Positions 35,699 through 45,100 of a DNA stretch of 64,000 nucleotides are shown here, piece by piece. The stretch is from a virus: IMG/VR virus record IMGVR_UViG_3300028920_002946, positions 64,001-128,000 of that record; one strand, written 5' to 3'. A program made the position numbers and the translations under genes. The notes under the pieces were generated by a model. It saw only the letters and a program-made list of their open reading frames with translations, was not told where the DNA came from and searched no databases. Numbering within the stretch: position 1 is the stretch's first letter; each line of letters begins with the position of its first letter.

Positions 35699-36847
35699 CT
35701 AGTCCCTCTTGACGGGGTACGGCAGCGACGCGGCGGTCTTGCCGACCACCCCGGCCACCTGCGTGGTCAGGTCGGTGTCGTACTCCTTCATGTACGGCTC
35801 GTCGGCGTCCTTCTCCGGCGCGCCGGCGTGGAAGGCCTTGCGCATGAAGTCCTCGTCGGGATCCGACTGCAGGACGGCCGCGTCCTTCTCGCCGCTCAGG
35901 TAGTCGGACACGCAGTCCAGCTGGAAGGCGATGCGGAACAGGTCGAGATCCTCCTTGTCGCGCGCCTCCTTCTCGACCATCTCGGCGATCTCGTCGATGG
36001 CGCCGACGACCGAGGCCTCAGCCGTCTCCGGCTCTTCCTTGGACTTTTCGGACTCCTTTGACTCGTCCTCCCCGGGCTCCTCGGGCTCCTTCCCGGACTC
36101 CTTCTTCGACATCTGGCACTCGTCGGTGCCGCCGAACGGGCCGGTGCCGTCGGGGACCCCGGGACCCTTCTTGGATCCGGCGAACTTCTCGCAGGCCTCG
36201 ACGTCGTCCCCGTCGCCTTCGTCGTCGAGCAGTACCTTCAGAGCGTCCAGCTTCTTGCTGAGACTCGCTGCCTCCTTGCGGAGAGCTTCCTTGTCCATCA
36301 TGGCCTCCTTGGGGGGTGCCGCCTCCTGCGGCGCCTTGCCCTTGGGTTGACCGCCACCGGCGCCTCCGCTGGTGACGGGTATTGATTCGATAAGGGTGTC
36401 TATGTCGGCCGCCTCCGCATCGTCGGAGGCCTCCTTCGACTTTTTGCCGCCGCCCTTCATGACATCCAGGATGAGCGCCTGGGTGCTGGCGCCGACGCGG
36501 TTCTGGTACATGCCGTCGCCCATGGACCACACGGCCTTCATCATGGCGTCCTGCATCGCCGCGTCGCTGTCGTACTTCTCCAGCAGCGGGTCGATTCTGG
36601 ACTTGGCCTCCTTGGCGATCTTGCGGATGTCATCGTCCGTCAGGTCGGCCTCGGTGCGCGGCATGATGACGGCGTCCTGCGGAAGGTCGCCTCTCGGCAC
36701 CCTCTCCTGGACGATGGTCTTGCCGTTCTCGTTGCGGAAGTAGCCCCGCGCGTTGCTGCGCACGTCGGGGTGCCGCTCGAGCACGCCCTCCAGCTTCTTC
36801 TCGGCGGGCTTGACCTCTTTCTTTTTCTTGGCTTTCTTGTCGGCCAT
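35699..36847 (-). CDS. Acidic scaffold-like head protein
   Basis: Shares a 27-aa motif with the scaffold; several K-x-A sites; late motif upstream. Confidence 0.7.
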   Translation of the reverse strand: MADKKAKKKKEVKPAEKKLEGVLERHPDVRSNARGYFRNENGKTIVQERVPRGDLPQDAVIMPRTEADLTDDDIRKIAKEAKSRIDPLLEKYDSDAAMQDAMMKAVWSMGDGMYQNRVGASTQALILDVMKGGGKKSKEASDDAEAADIDTLIESIPVTSGGAGGGQPKGKAPQEAAPPKEAMMDKEALRKEAASLSKKLDALKVLLDDEGDGDDVEACEKFAGSKKGPGVPDGTGPFGGTDECQMSKKESGKEPEEPGEDESKESEKSKEEPETAEASVVGAIDEIAEMVEKEARDKEDLDLFRIAFQLDCVSDYLSGEKDAAVLQSDPDEDFMRKAFHAGAPEKDADEPYMKEYDTDLTTQVAGVVGKTAASLPYPVKRD

Positions 36848-36902
36848 AGTCGATCCTCGGCGCGCGGGGCGCGGCAGTCACGGTGTTCGACAACGCCACC
36901 GT

Positions 36903-36917
36903 ATTAACAGAAAATTA
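36903..36917 (-). promoter_or_regulatory. Late-promoter-like motif
   Basis: TAATtttCTgtTAAT. Confidence 0.65.
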
Positions 36918-36929
36918 GAGTTTCCGGGA

Positions 36930-37226
36930 TCACTCGTCGTTCGGGCCGGCGAGAAAGCCGTCCAAAACCCTCTCGCGCGACGCGAACCTGGCGCTCTCGT
37001 AGAACTTGTACGTGGCGGCCTCCTCCATCTTGTTCTTGAAGACCTCCAGCCTCCCCCTGAGGGCCATCGCCTCCTTCTGCATCTCCACGAGCGGCTCGAG
37101 GAACTCCTCCCCGTAGTACTGCATCTGCACCTTGTCCGTGCTCGTGAAGTCGCTGAGGGACTTGATGACGTCCTCCATGATCGATATCTGCCTGGTGAGC
37201 TCGCGCGGCACTTTGTTTTTCGCCAT
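36930..37226 (-). CDS. Helical hypothetical protein
   Basis: SD GAGGGG; coiled-coil-like. Confidence 0.7.
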   Translation of the reverse strand: MAKNKVPRELTRQISIMEDVIKSLSDFTSTDKVQMQYYGEEFLEPLVEMQKEAMALRGRLEVFKNKMEEAATYKFYESARFASRERVLDGFLAGPNDE

Positions 37227-37230
37227 GTTG

Positions 37231-37596
37231 CTACGCCCCTCTCGTCTGCGGTTTCCGCTCGTTTATCCTGCCGGTGCCCCTGTATTCCTGCATATACCCG
37301 CGCATCAGCGGCTTGCGGGTGTCCGGGTTCCACTTCCGCCTGTGCGAGGGCTTGCGCCTCGGCGCCTTGATGTCGGGGGCGGCGGTCGTCCTGTGCTCCT
37401 CCGTCTGGCCCGTGGTTCGCGGGGCACCCGGCCCCCCGGGGGCCTCGACGGGGTCCCCGTCCCCCCGCGCCGGGTTTTCGGCATCAGGCTCCTCGATCGG
37501 ATCCCCGTTGATGTCCACCTTGTTCCGGAGGGCCTTCCTCCGGGGCTCCATCTCGGCGGCCGACCGCCTGAGGTAGTCGGAGACGCGGCTACGCAT
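37231..37596 (-). CDS. Basic hypothetical protein
   Basis: SD AGGAGGAGG; 'RVSDYLRRSAA' N-terminus; 'LMRGYMQEYR' C-terminus. Confidence 0.65.
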   Translation of the reverse strand: MRSRVSDYLRRSAAEMEPRRKALRNKVDINGDPIEEPDAENPARGDGDPVEAPGGPGAPRTTGQTEEHRTTAAPDIKAPRRKPSHRRKWNPDTRKPLMRGYMQEYRGTGRINERKPQTRGA

Positions 37597-39535
37597 TCCT
37601 CCTCCTGATCTTTCCGCCGGTTTTGGGGTTGGCCTTCATCTTGTCGATCACCATATCCAGCTTCGAGGGGTCGGCCGTGAGCGTCCGTATGACGCTGTTC
37701 AGGGCCGCCTGCCTCTTCGGCGTCAGCCCCGCCGACGAGAACCTCCCCATCGGGCCGCCGAGCCCGCCCATGCCGCCCATGCCGCCCTCCTGGCCCGGCT
37801 GCGGCGGCACCTCGCTGAGATCCAGGTACTGCGCGATCCTCTGGAGGACGTCGTACCTCTCGACGGCGGCGTTGCCCGCGGCCTGGTAGACGCCCACCAT
37901 GAACTGGTTGAAGGCGGGGTCGTTCGTGGTGAACAGGTCGGCCTCGACCTTGCGGCGGGTCGATATCGGGTCGATGTTCATCATCTCGAGGATGATGTCC
38001 ACGGACACGCTGCCCTTGTTGAACAGCTGCATGGCCTGGTCGAAGAAGCTGTCGTTGTCCCTGATGGCCAGCCGCGTGAAGCTGAGCCGCGGGTACAGCA
38101 GGCGCTCGCGGCCGTACTTGTCCTTCTCGACGAAGCCCTTCTTCTTGGCGACGGGCTTGAACAGGTAGTTCTCGACGTACTCCTGCAGGGTCTCCCGGAA
38201 GAGGAGGTACTGCGTGTTGAGGATCTCGAGGGTCAGCCTGTTGCCCTGGTAGGTGGACTCGCCGGTCATCAGCTCGCGCGTGACGCCGAGCCCCGCGAAC
38301 AGGGCGTTCTCGCACTGCTCGTACTCGGCCGTCAGGTTCATGAGCCTGCCGTCCGACCCCTGCTCCTCCCAATGTATCTCGTAGTTGGCGATGATCGAGT
38401 AGTCGGGGTCGACCAGCGCGAGGTCCACCTGCTCCCGGAGGTCGTTCACGTCGGCCTCGGAGAGGTTCGGGGACCACACGATCCGGAACGGGGTCATGTG
38501 GCGGCTGGCGATGGACGTCTGCGCCTGGCGCAGCTTGTCCCAGAACAGCAGGGTGTTGACGCAGCGCTCGAGGATGGACACGCCGTACGTCTGGTAGGGG
38601 CTCTTCTGGTTGCACATGTGGTACACGTGCGAGCCGCTGTAGGGGTCGGTGTCCAGCGGTATGGCGCCGTTGTCCTGCAGCTTGTCGAGGATCTCGGGGG
38701 GCACGTCCGGCTTCGGGCCGAGCGGCTGCCTGCCGTCCTGCGTGAAGACGAAGTCGCTCTCCTGGGAGCGCAGTATCGCCTTGCGCGTCTCGGTGTCGGG
38801 CACGAACTCGATGTACGGCTCGTCCGAGAGCACCACCCTCTTGACCGTCACCTGGTCGGGCGGGAGGACGTAGAGCCGCTTCCAGCCCCTGTAGTTGGGG
38901 TCGCGGTCGATGACCCCGAATTCCTTGAAGAGCCTCTCGGACTCGAGGCGCCCCTTCTCCTTCAGCTCCCCGATGACGTCCTCGTTGTCGCTCTCGTAGG
39001 GGTTGTCCTCCTCAGCATACACAAAACAATTCCCGAGGAGATTCTTCTCGTGGCTGATATCGAGCAGGCTCTTGAACAGCTTGACCTCCTCGCACATCTC
39101 CTCGAAGAAGTCGAACATGTAGTCGATCTGCTCCTGGTTGGAGCCCTTGGGCTTCTCCAGGCGGATCTTCGACATGGGCATCATCGTGTGGAGGTCGATG
39201 GCCCTGCCCACGTACTCGTTCTGCTCGTAGAAGTGGCGGTACCAGGCCCTGCGCTCGCGGAGGTTCTGGGGCTTCTCGAGGAAGTCGGTCGACAGCTGCG
39301 GCGAGTAGAAGTTGCCGTACTGCGACATCGCGGTGCCGCCGGTGCCGTAGGCGTCGAACGCGGCCCTGCTGTGGAACCCGAAGGTCGTCGTGGCGTACTT
39401 GCGCACGGCGCGGGCCTGCCTCTCGCGGGCCGTCAGCTTGGTCGAGGCCTCCACCGAATCCGTCTCGGTGACCTTAATGGCCTTGTTCGCGGCCGTCTTG
39501 ACCACCCTCGTGCGCGGTCGCTTCTTGTTAGCCAT
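37589..39535 (-). CDS. Portal protein
   Basis: Size and position upstream of the protease; 'WYRHFY...VGRAIDLH', 'GNCFVY', 'LPPDQV', 'YGVSILERC', 'LFAGLGVTRELMTGE'. Confidence 0.8.
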   Translation of the reverse strand: MANKKRPRTRVVKTAANKAIKVTETDSVEASTKLTARERQARAVRKYATTTFGFHSRAAFDAYGTGGTAMSQYGNFYSPQLSTDFLEKPQNLRERRAWYRHFYEQNEYVGRAIDLHTMMPMSKIRLEKPKGSNQEQIDYMFDFFEEMCEEVKLFKSLLDISHEKNLLGNCFVYAEEDNPYESDNEDVIGELKEKGRLESERLFKEFGVIDRDPNYRGWKRLYVLPPDQVTVKRVVLSDEPYIEFVPDTETRKAILRSQESDFVFTQDGRQPLGPKPDVPPEILDKLQDNGAIPLDTDPYSGSHVYHMCNQKSPYQTYGVSILERCVNTLLFWDKLRQAQTSIASRHMTPFRIVWSPNLSEADVNDLREQVDLALVDPDYSIIANYEIHWEEQGSDGRLMNLTAEYEQCENALFAGLGVTRELMTGESTYQGNRLTLEILNTQYLLFRETLQEYVENYLFKPVAKKKGFVEKDKYGRERLLYPRLSFTRLAIRDNDSFFDQAMQLFNKGSVSVDIILEMMNIDPISTRRKVEADLFTTNDPAFNQFMVGVYQAAGNAAVERYDVLQRIAQYLDLSEVPPQPGQEGGMGGMGGLGGPMGRFSSAGLTPKRQAALNSVIRTLTADPSKLDMVIDKMKANPKTGGKIRRRNA

Positions 39536-39538
39536 GGC

Positions 39539-39832
39539 TTAGTTGCCCTCCTCCGCCAGTTCCTCGAAGTCGTACCCGGCGGCGGCCGAAACCCGGTTGG
39601 CGATTATGGCGCGGGCCCCGTTCGCGGCCGCGGCATCCTTCATCAGCGACCGTGAAAGGGTCTGGTAGTCGTCCAGGCCGACCGTGTTGCCGTCGGCCCT
39701 CGCGACCTCCTCGTGGTAGAGCCTCTTCACCTCGTTGCTCATCTCGGAGCACATCCCGCCGAGCTTCTGGAGGTCAGCCGCGACCCTCTTCTGGAGGCTT
39801 TGTATCTCGTCGCGCTTCCTGGTCAGGTTCAT
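39539..39832 (-). CDS. Coiled-coil hypothetical protein
   Basis: SD GGAGG before ATG 39832 (MNLTRK). Confidence 0.6.
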   Translation of the reverse strand: MNLTRKRDEIQSLQKRVAADLQKLGGMCSEMSNEVKRLYHEEVARADGNTVGLDDYQTLSRSLMKDAAAANGARAIIANRVSAAAGYDFEELAEEGN

Positions 39833-40046
39833 TCTCGTCGCCCTCCGTGTCATCTCGATGTATATCCTTGAGGCGCCTCATGATGCGGCTGATCATGCCC
39901 CTGAGGGGCGACCTCTTCCGCCACTCCTTGAAGGCGCCCACGTTCCCGTAGTTGGCGGTCATCCACTCGCCGCCCGACTGGGGGTACCGCCGCTCGTAGT
40001 AGCCCACCCACGGCTGCAGTTCCTCGTTCCCAAGCTCTCCCGGCAT
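39774..40046 (-). CDS. Hypothetical protein
   Basis: SD GGGGGAG before MPGELG; overlaps the next gene by about 59 nt. Confidence 0.5.
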   Translation of the reverse strand: MPGELGNEELQPWVGYYERRYPQSGGEWMTANYGNVGAFKEWRKRSPLRGMISRIMRRLKDIHRDDTEGDENEPDQEARRDTKPPEEGRG

Positions 40047-40085
40047 GGATCTCCCCCAAGGTGGTTCCGATGCCATGCTCGCGCT

Positions 40086-40100
40086 AATAGTAGTTTATTA
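40086..40100 (-). promoter_or_regulatory. Late-promoter-like motif
   Basis: TAATaaaCTacTATT, upstream of the portal operon. Confidence 0.55.
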
Positions 40101-40286
40101 GGTCCCGCCGGCTTCGCTCGCCTCGGACGCCGCCGACTCCCCCTGGCTCCAGGAGACTTGGATAGGGCCGAGGTGGTCGTCGAGCACCCTCCGTATCAGT
40201 TCCGAAACGGAGATTCCGATCTTCCTGGCCTCCTTGGTCAGTTCCTCTATCTGCCTCTCGGTCAGGTGCACCAGCTTCGCCTTCAT
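40098..40286 (-). CDS. Ribbon-helix-helix (CopG-like) DNA-binding protein
   Basis: 'KLVHLTERQIEELTKEARKIGISVSELIRRVLD'; SD AGGAGG. Confidence 0.8.
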   Translation of the reverse strand: MKAKLVHLTERQIEELTKEARKIGISVSELIRRVLDDHLGPIQVSWSQGESAASEASEAGGT

Positions 40287-40353
40287 GCCCCCTCCTATAT
40301 CATCTGCATATCCATCGGATATAGGAAATTCACATGAAGAGATCATTCGAGGC

Positions 40354-40382
40354 TTGACGGCGGCGTTGTAAAAACGTATATT
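40354..40382 (+). promoter_or_regulatory. Sigma70-type promoter
   Basis: TTGACG-N17-TATATT. Confidence 0.7.
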
Positions 40383-40398
40383 ATGATTGGAGGGCGCC

Positions 40399-41103
40399 AT
40401 GATAGCTTTGGTGAAAGACGGATGGAACGCCCTGTGTCCAGCGCCGAACCGTTGGTATGTGGCAATGGAGTGCTACAAGCCACATTTCTGGTCGAAACCC
40501 GGCTGCTACGTGGTCTTGGCCACGGACTACGAGTTCGACATGCATCACTTCTCGGACGTGGACGGTGGCTGGGTCGTGCGCCTGGGGAGAGTGGTGGCGC
40601 CCTACGAGCGCCACTATCAGCATGGCGAACATGATCGGTTGAAAGCCCTGCTTGAGGCGATGCCGCCAGAGGACGTGGTCAAGGTGGCCCGGGACCACGA
40701 ATACGACGCGAGTCACATCAGGCAGTTCGCCGTGGAGGCCGCGGAGAGGCGCGGTTTCGGGGATCTCATGCGTGAGGCCGGCATATGGCCGCGCCGGGTC
40801 GAATGGGTCGTAGGCAGAGAGATATCGAGCATATTCCGGCGGAAGATCCCGTACATCGCGGACAAGAGGCTCGAATACTACGCGCGCCGCAGGATCGCGA
40901 TGAATCACGGGTCGATGTGGCTACCGCCTATCAACCAAGCGCTAAACGCGTCCAGGGGCCTCACGACAAGGGAAACGAGGCGGCGCGACAGCTGGACAGC
41001 GGACAACGTCGAACTCTACGAGCGCAAAGCCGTCAGGCGCGCCTTCCGATTGGGCCATTTCACCGGTTACAGGGCCTCGATCTCGGACGACTTGGGGTTC
41101 TGA
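40399..41103 (+). CDS. Hypothetical protein (plus-strand island gene 1)
   Basis: Own promoter, SD GGAGG, protein-like composition. Confidence 0.7.
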   Translation: MIALVKDGWNALCPAPNRWYVAMECYKPHFWSKPGCYVVLATDYEFDMHHFSDVDGGWVVRLGRVVAPYERHYQHGEHDRLKALLEAMPPEDVVKVARDHEYDASHIRQFAVEAAERRGFGDLMREAGIWPRRVEWVVGREISSIFRRKIPYIADKRLEYYARRRIAMNHGSMWLPPINQALNASRGLTTRETRRRDSWTADNVELYERKAVRRAFRLGHFTGYRASISDDLGF

Positions 41104-41169
41104 AACGCGTTTGACAAGAGGATTCCACATACGCGCTCCAAGCCATAACCAACTTTTTTCAAAAAACTG

Positions 41170-41198
41170 TTGACAGAGGCTTTTGAAAAAAGTATATT
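41170..41198 (+). promoter_or_regulatory. Sigma70-type promoter
   Basis: TTGACA-N17-TATATT. Confidence 0.75.
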
Positions 41199-41247
41199 AG
41201 ACTGTGAGAGGAAGTGGGAGGCAATCAACCGAGAAGGAGGACTTCCC

Positions 41248-42111
41248 ATGAGAAAGACGGCACTCGCAGTCATCGCGCTGGTTGGCATGGCCCTGGCGCA
41301 GCCGAACCCGATGATCCCGACGGACGGGCTCCTTGCCCGGTACGACTTCACGAACGGGAGCCTCGAGGACGGTTCCGGCAACGGACGGACGCTCGAGAAC
41401 TTCGCGGGTACATCAAATCTGCCGGAACTCACGGCCGACCGCGACCTTTCCCCGAACAGCGCATATCATTGGAAGGGATCGATTTCGGATCCTTGGATGA
41501 CAGACGATGCGGGGATGCCCGCGGGCTCGGCGGATCGGTCAATCTGCGCGTGGGTATCACTCGTTTCCTGGGATTCGTGCCAATACATTGTTTCGTGGGG
41601 ACTCACCCGGTGGGGTGAGCCAAAGGATGGGTCGTTCAGCCTTGCGTTCCTCTACGACTCCATCGCAGTCCTGCAAGGCGACACGCGCCTCGGGGGCGTG
41701 AGGGTTGCCCATTCGGAGATACCCGCGGACGGATCATATGACGAGCCTTGGGCGCACGTCGCCGTGACCATCGAGGGCACCACGGCCAAGTTCTTCATCG
41801 GCGGGTCGTTGAAGGGGACGGTGACCATACCCGAACTGGCGACGGCCACGGACAACACCAAGCTGATGGTCGGGGGTTCCTTGGGGCACAACATCGACGC
41901 CAAAATGGACGAGATTCTAATCTACGACCGCGCCCTTACCGACAACGAGGTGCTGAACGTCTACGAGCCGCAGGTAGGCATATCGAAGTCTGCCTCAAGG
42001 ATCGTCCATATGACTCCGGCGCGATCAGTCGCCGGATACTACGACTTGAGCGGGCGTCGCATGGCACGTCGGCCGGACGGCGAATTCGCCGTGCGCTACT
42101 TGCGCAGATAG
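41248..42111 (+). CDS. Secreted LamG/ConA-like protein with possible C-terminal sorting domain
   Basis: SD AAGGAGG; signal peptide MRKTALAVIALVGMALA-Q; LamG 'WAHVAVT...FFIGG...MDEILIYDRALT'; tail 'YYDLSGRR'. Confidence 0.8.
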   Translation: MRKTALAVIALVGMALAQPNPMIPTDGLLARYDFTNGSLEDGSGNGRTLENFAGTSNLPELTADRDLSPNSAYHWKGSISDPWMTDDAGMPAGSADRSICAWVSLVSWDSCQYIVSWGLTRWGEPKDGSFSLAFLYDSIAVLQGDTRLGGVRVAHSEIPADGSYDEPWAHVAVTIEGTTAKFFIGGSLKGTVTIPELATATDNTKLMVGGSLGHNIDAKMDEILIYDRALTDNEVLNVYEPQVGISKSASRIVHMTPARSVAGYYDLSGRRMARRPDGEFAVRYLRR

Positions 42112-42133
42112 TCGCCTTTGCCGCGCGGTGAAC

Positions 42134-42159
42134 GGGGGTGGGCATCACTGCCCTCCCCC
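42134..42159. terminator. Hairpin between convergent genes
   Basis: gggggtgggca-tcac-tgccctccccc (GUGA loop on the minus strand). Confidence 0.6.
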
Positions 42160-42163
42160 TCTG

Positions 42164-45100
42164 TTATGCCTGGACGTAACTGATGTAGAGCCTGCCCGTC
42201 AAATTCGCCAATCTGCCGACAACCTCCGGGAAGAACACCACGTCGAGATCCCACTCGCCGTTGTACATGCGCTCAAGGTTGCTCCCCGCGCTCGTGTCGA
42301 ACGGCAGGCGTGTCTGCTTCACCAAGCGAGGATAGACCGCAGCCTTCCACGTCGCGGCGGAGATGTAGCCGCCACACAGCGTCTGCTGCGTGACGTTGAG
42401 GATGTTGAAGTTCTCCGTCACGTTCTCGTAGGGATACCACAGGACGAAGGAGCGGTAGTCTCCGGATTTCGGCCCGTACCCCCTCCAATTGACCTTCGGG
42501 ATATACACCGCCAGATTGCCCTCGACGCTGTATATCCTGGGGAAGTCGGGGTGCGTGTCGATGAGGTTGCCCTCCACGTGCACGATGAAGTTCTCGTCCC
42601 CGAAGCGCGATCCCGGCATCCAGTTGATGACCGACCCGCCGTCGCGGTTTCGGAAGTACGGGGACTCGAACGTGTACGACTGTATGACGTCATCCGCGTT
42701 GATGTGGATAGGGGTTGGGTCATAGGCATACCCCGTCCACTCGACCTTCAGCGTGCCGAGCGTGCACACGTTCACATGTTTGAAGGCGTACCGCTTCTTG
42801 GACTCCTCCGTGATCTCGTCGATGTAGAGGTCGTTCTCCGTGGACCCCACGAGGTCGGTGATCTCGTCCTCCCTGAACGTGAGGGTGTCGTGCCCGAACC
42901 AACCTTTTAGAGGCGGGGTGGTATCCGTCATCACCTCGTAATACTCTTTCGCCCCCGTGACCCCGGCATAGTCAAGCTTGTTCTCGTTGTTGAGGTACAC
43001 GCGCTCGGTGATTGTGAACTTCTTGTCACGGAGGATGACCTCGTTGTTGTGGAAGTTCAACTGGTCGTTGTCTACCACCACCACGTTCACCGGCGTGACG
43101 ATGTCCGTGTCCCCGGACGGCGCCTCCGCCCCCACGAATCGAAGCGACTCGACCGACAGCTCGCCGTTCACGTAGCCCCGGCCCTCGATGTACAGGGGGT
43201 AGTCTGTGTCGATGTTCGTCGTGTCGCCCGCGGCCAAATACGGCACGATGATGCCGCGCTGCGCCTTCACGTCCCCGCGAACGTCCAGCGTCGCCTGGCC
43301 CGTCGAGCCGATGCCGCCGCTGAAGTCGATCACGAATGTGCTCAGCGGAGTGTTCGTCGTCCTGCGGTCGTAGAGGTGTATGCCGACGGGGTCGCTGGAA
43401 CTTCCGGCGGTGCCTCCGAACCGCACATACATGGGTGCCCGCGCCGCCGCGTTCCTGAGGTACACGTCGCCGACCTTGTTGCCGTCCGACGCCTCGGACT
43501 CCGCCACCAGCGGGTTGCCCTGTATGCCGCCCCTCACGAAGCACTTGATCCTGGGGTCGCTGTTCGGGTTGCTGCCGGCCATCCCGTCCAGGGTCGTCCT
43601 GGCGTCCTGACCCACCGCCAACGTCTCGCCGAACGTGCCGTCGCGGTCGACTATGATGTCGTTGTCGACGAGCAGGCGCCCCACCCTGGCGAAGTTGAAC
43701 CTCAGCTGGTCCGCGAACAGCGTGCCGTAGATGTAGACGTCGTCACGGCAGATGACGTTCGGGGAGAACACGACCCGGTTGAGGTTGCCGCCGACGGAGT
43801 TGAAGAACACGTCCCCGTTGAACAGCCACGCGTCCGCGCCCTCGCCGAGGTCCAGCTTGGCGAAGCGGATGCCGCTGACGTCGCCGCCGTAGGTCCCCGA
43901 CCCGTAGTAGTGGTACTTCGTGAACGGTATGTCCAGCGTGGCCAGGAGGGCCCTGCTGACGCTCACGGACTCTATCGAGCGGATCTCCGCGTTCACGGGA
44001 TCCTCGGGCATCTCCTTGATGATGATGCTGCCGTGGCTGTCGTCGATGGCCCCCGTGTAGCCCGCACCGGTGAACCCGTAGACGTTCTCCACGACCTGGA
44101 CGCCGAAGGCCTCGCCGATGCCCGTGGACACCGTGTAGGGGTCCGTCAGCGAGCCGGTCGTCCCCCGGTAGTCCGTGTACACGAACTGCCTGTAGAGGCC
44201 CGTGGGGGCTCCCCAGCCCGTGTTGTATATGATGTCGTCCCTGACCTCCTCGGCGCCGTCCAGGGCGCTCTGCGTGACTGTCACGGCGCCCGTGACGTGT
44301 CCGCCGTCCTCCTTGAGGATGTCGTAGGAGACCGTGTCCCCGGCCTGCAGGTAGTCGTAGCCGCCCGGCAGGGCGAGGAAGCTGTAGTCGGAGTGGTACG
44401 CCTCGCGCAGGCCCGCGCCGTAGAGGGTCTTGATGATCCTGTCGAACTCCGGCCCGAGGTCGCCGATGGTGAACATGCGGCGCCCGAGAAGGTCGTAGCA
44501 CTCGTACTGCCCCGCCACGCCCGTGTAGCCGTAGCCGGAGATCCCCGACTCCCCGACGACCGCGACCCCGCGCTTCACAAGCACGGCCGACACGGCCCCG
44601 GTGACCCCGAAGGCGCCCGTCGCCCCGAAGACGGCGGGGTTGAGCTCGCTCAGCTCGGCGGGGACCACCCATGTGCGGCCCCCCACGCTCGCGTCGAACC
44701 TGGCGTCCCCTTCGGCGATGAAGTCGCCGCGCACGCGCGCGGAGTCGTTCACGTCGAGCACGATGTTGCTACCGCTGAGGCCGTACGAGTCCTTCGGCGG
44801 CTCCCACCCCGGCTCCATGGTGTTGAGGCCCACGCGGCCCATGTGGTCCACCGACACGTAGTTCCGGGGCAGGCCCGTCTCACGCGCCCTGACAAGCGCC
44901 GCGTAGGCGCCGGTCTCGCCGTCCTCCATGACCACCTCGACGCCGACGGTGCCGCTCTCGCCACGCGCGTAGACGCTGACGTTGTGGCGGTACTCCCTGG
45001 CGCCGGTCGAGCCGGCCATGCCGGTGTAGCCGCGGTCGTAGCCCACGTAGACGCTGCCGGCGGACAGCTCCGAGGAGACTATCTCGCCGTCGTGCAGCAT

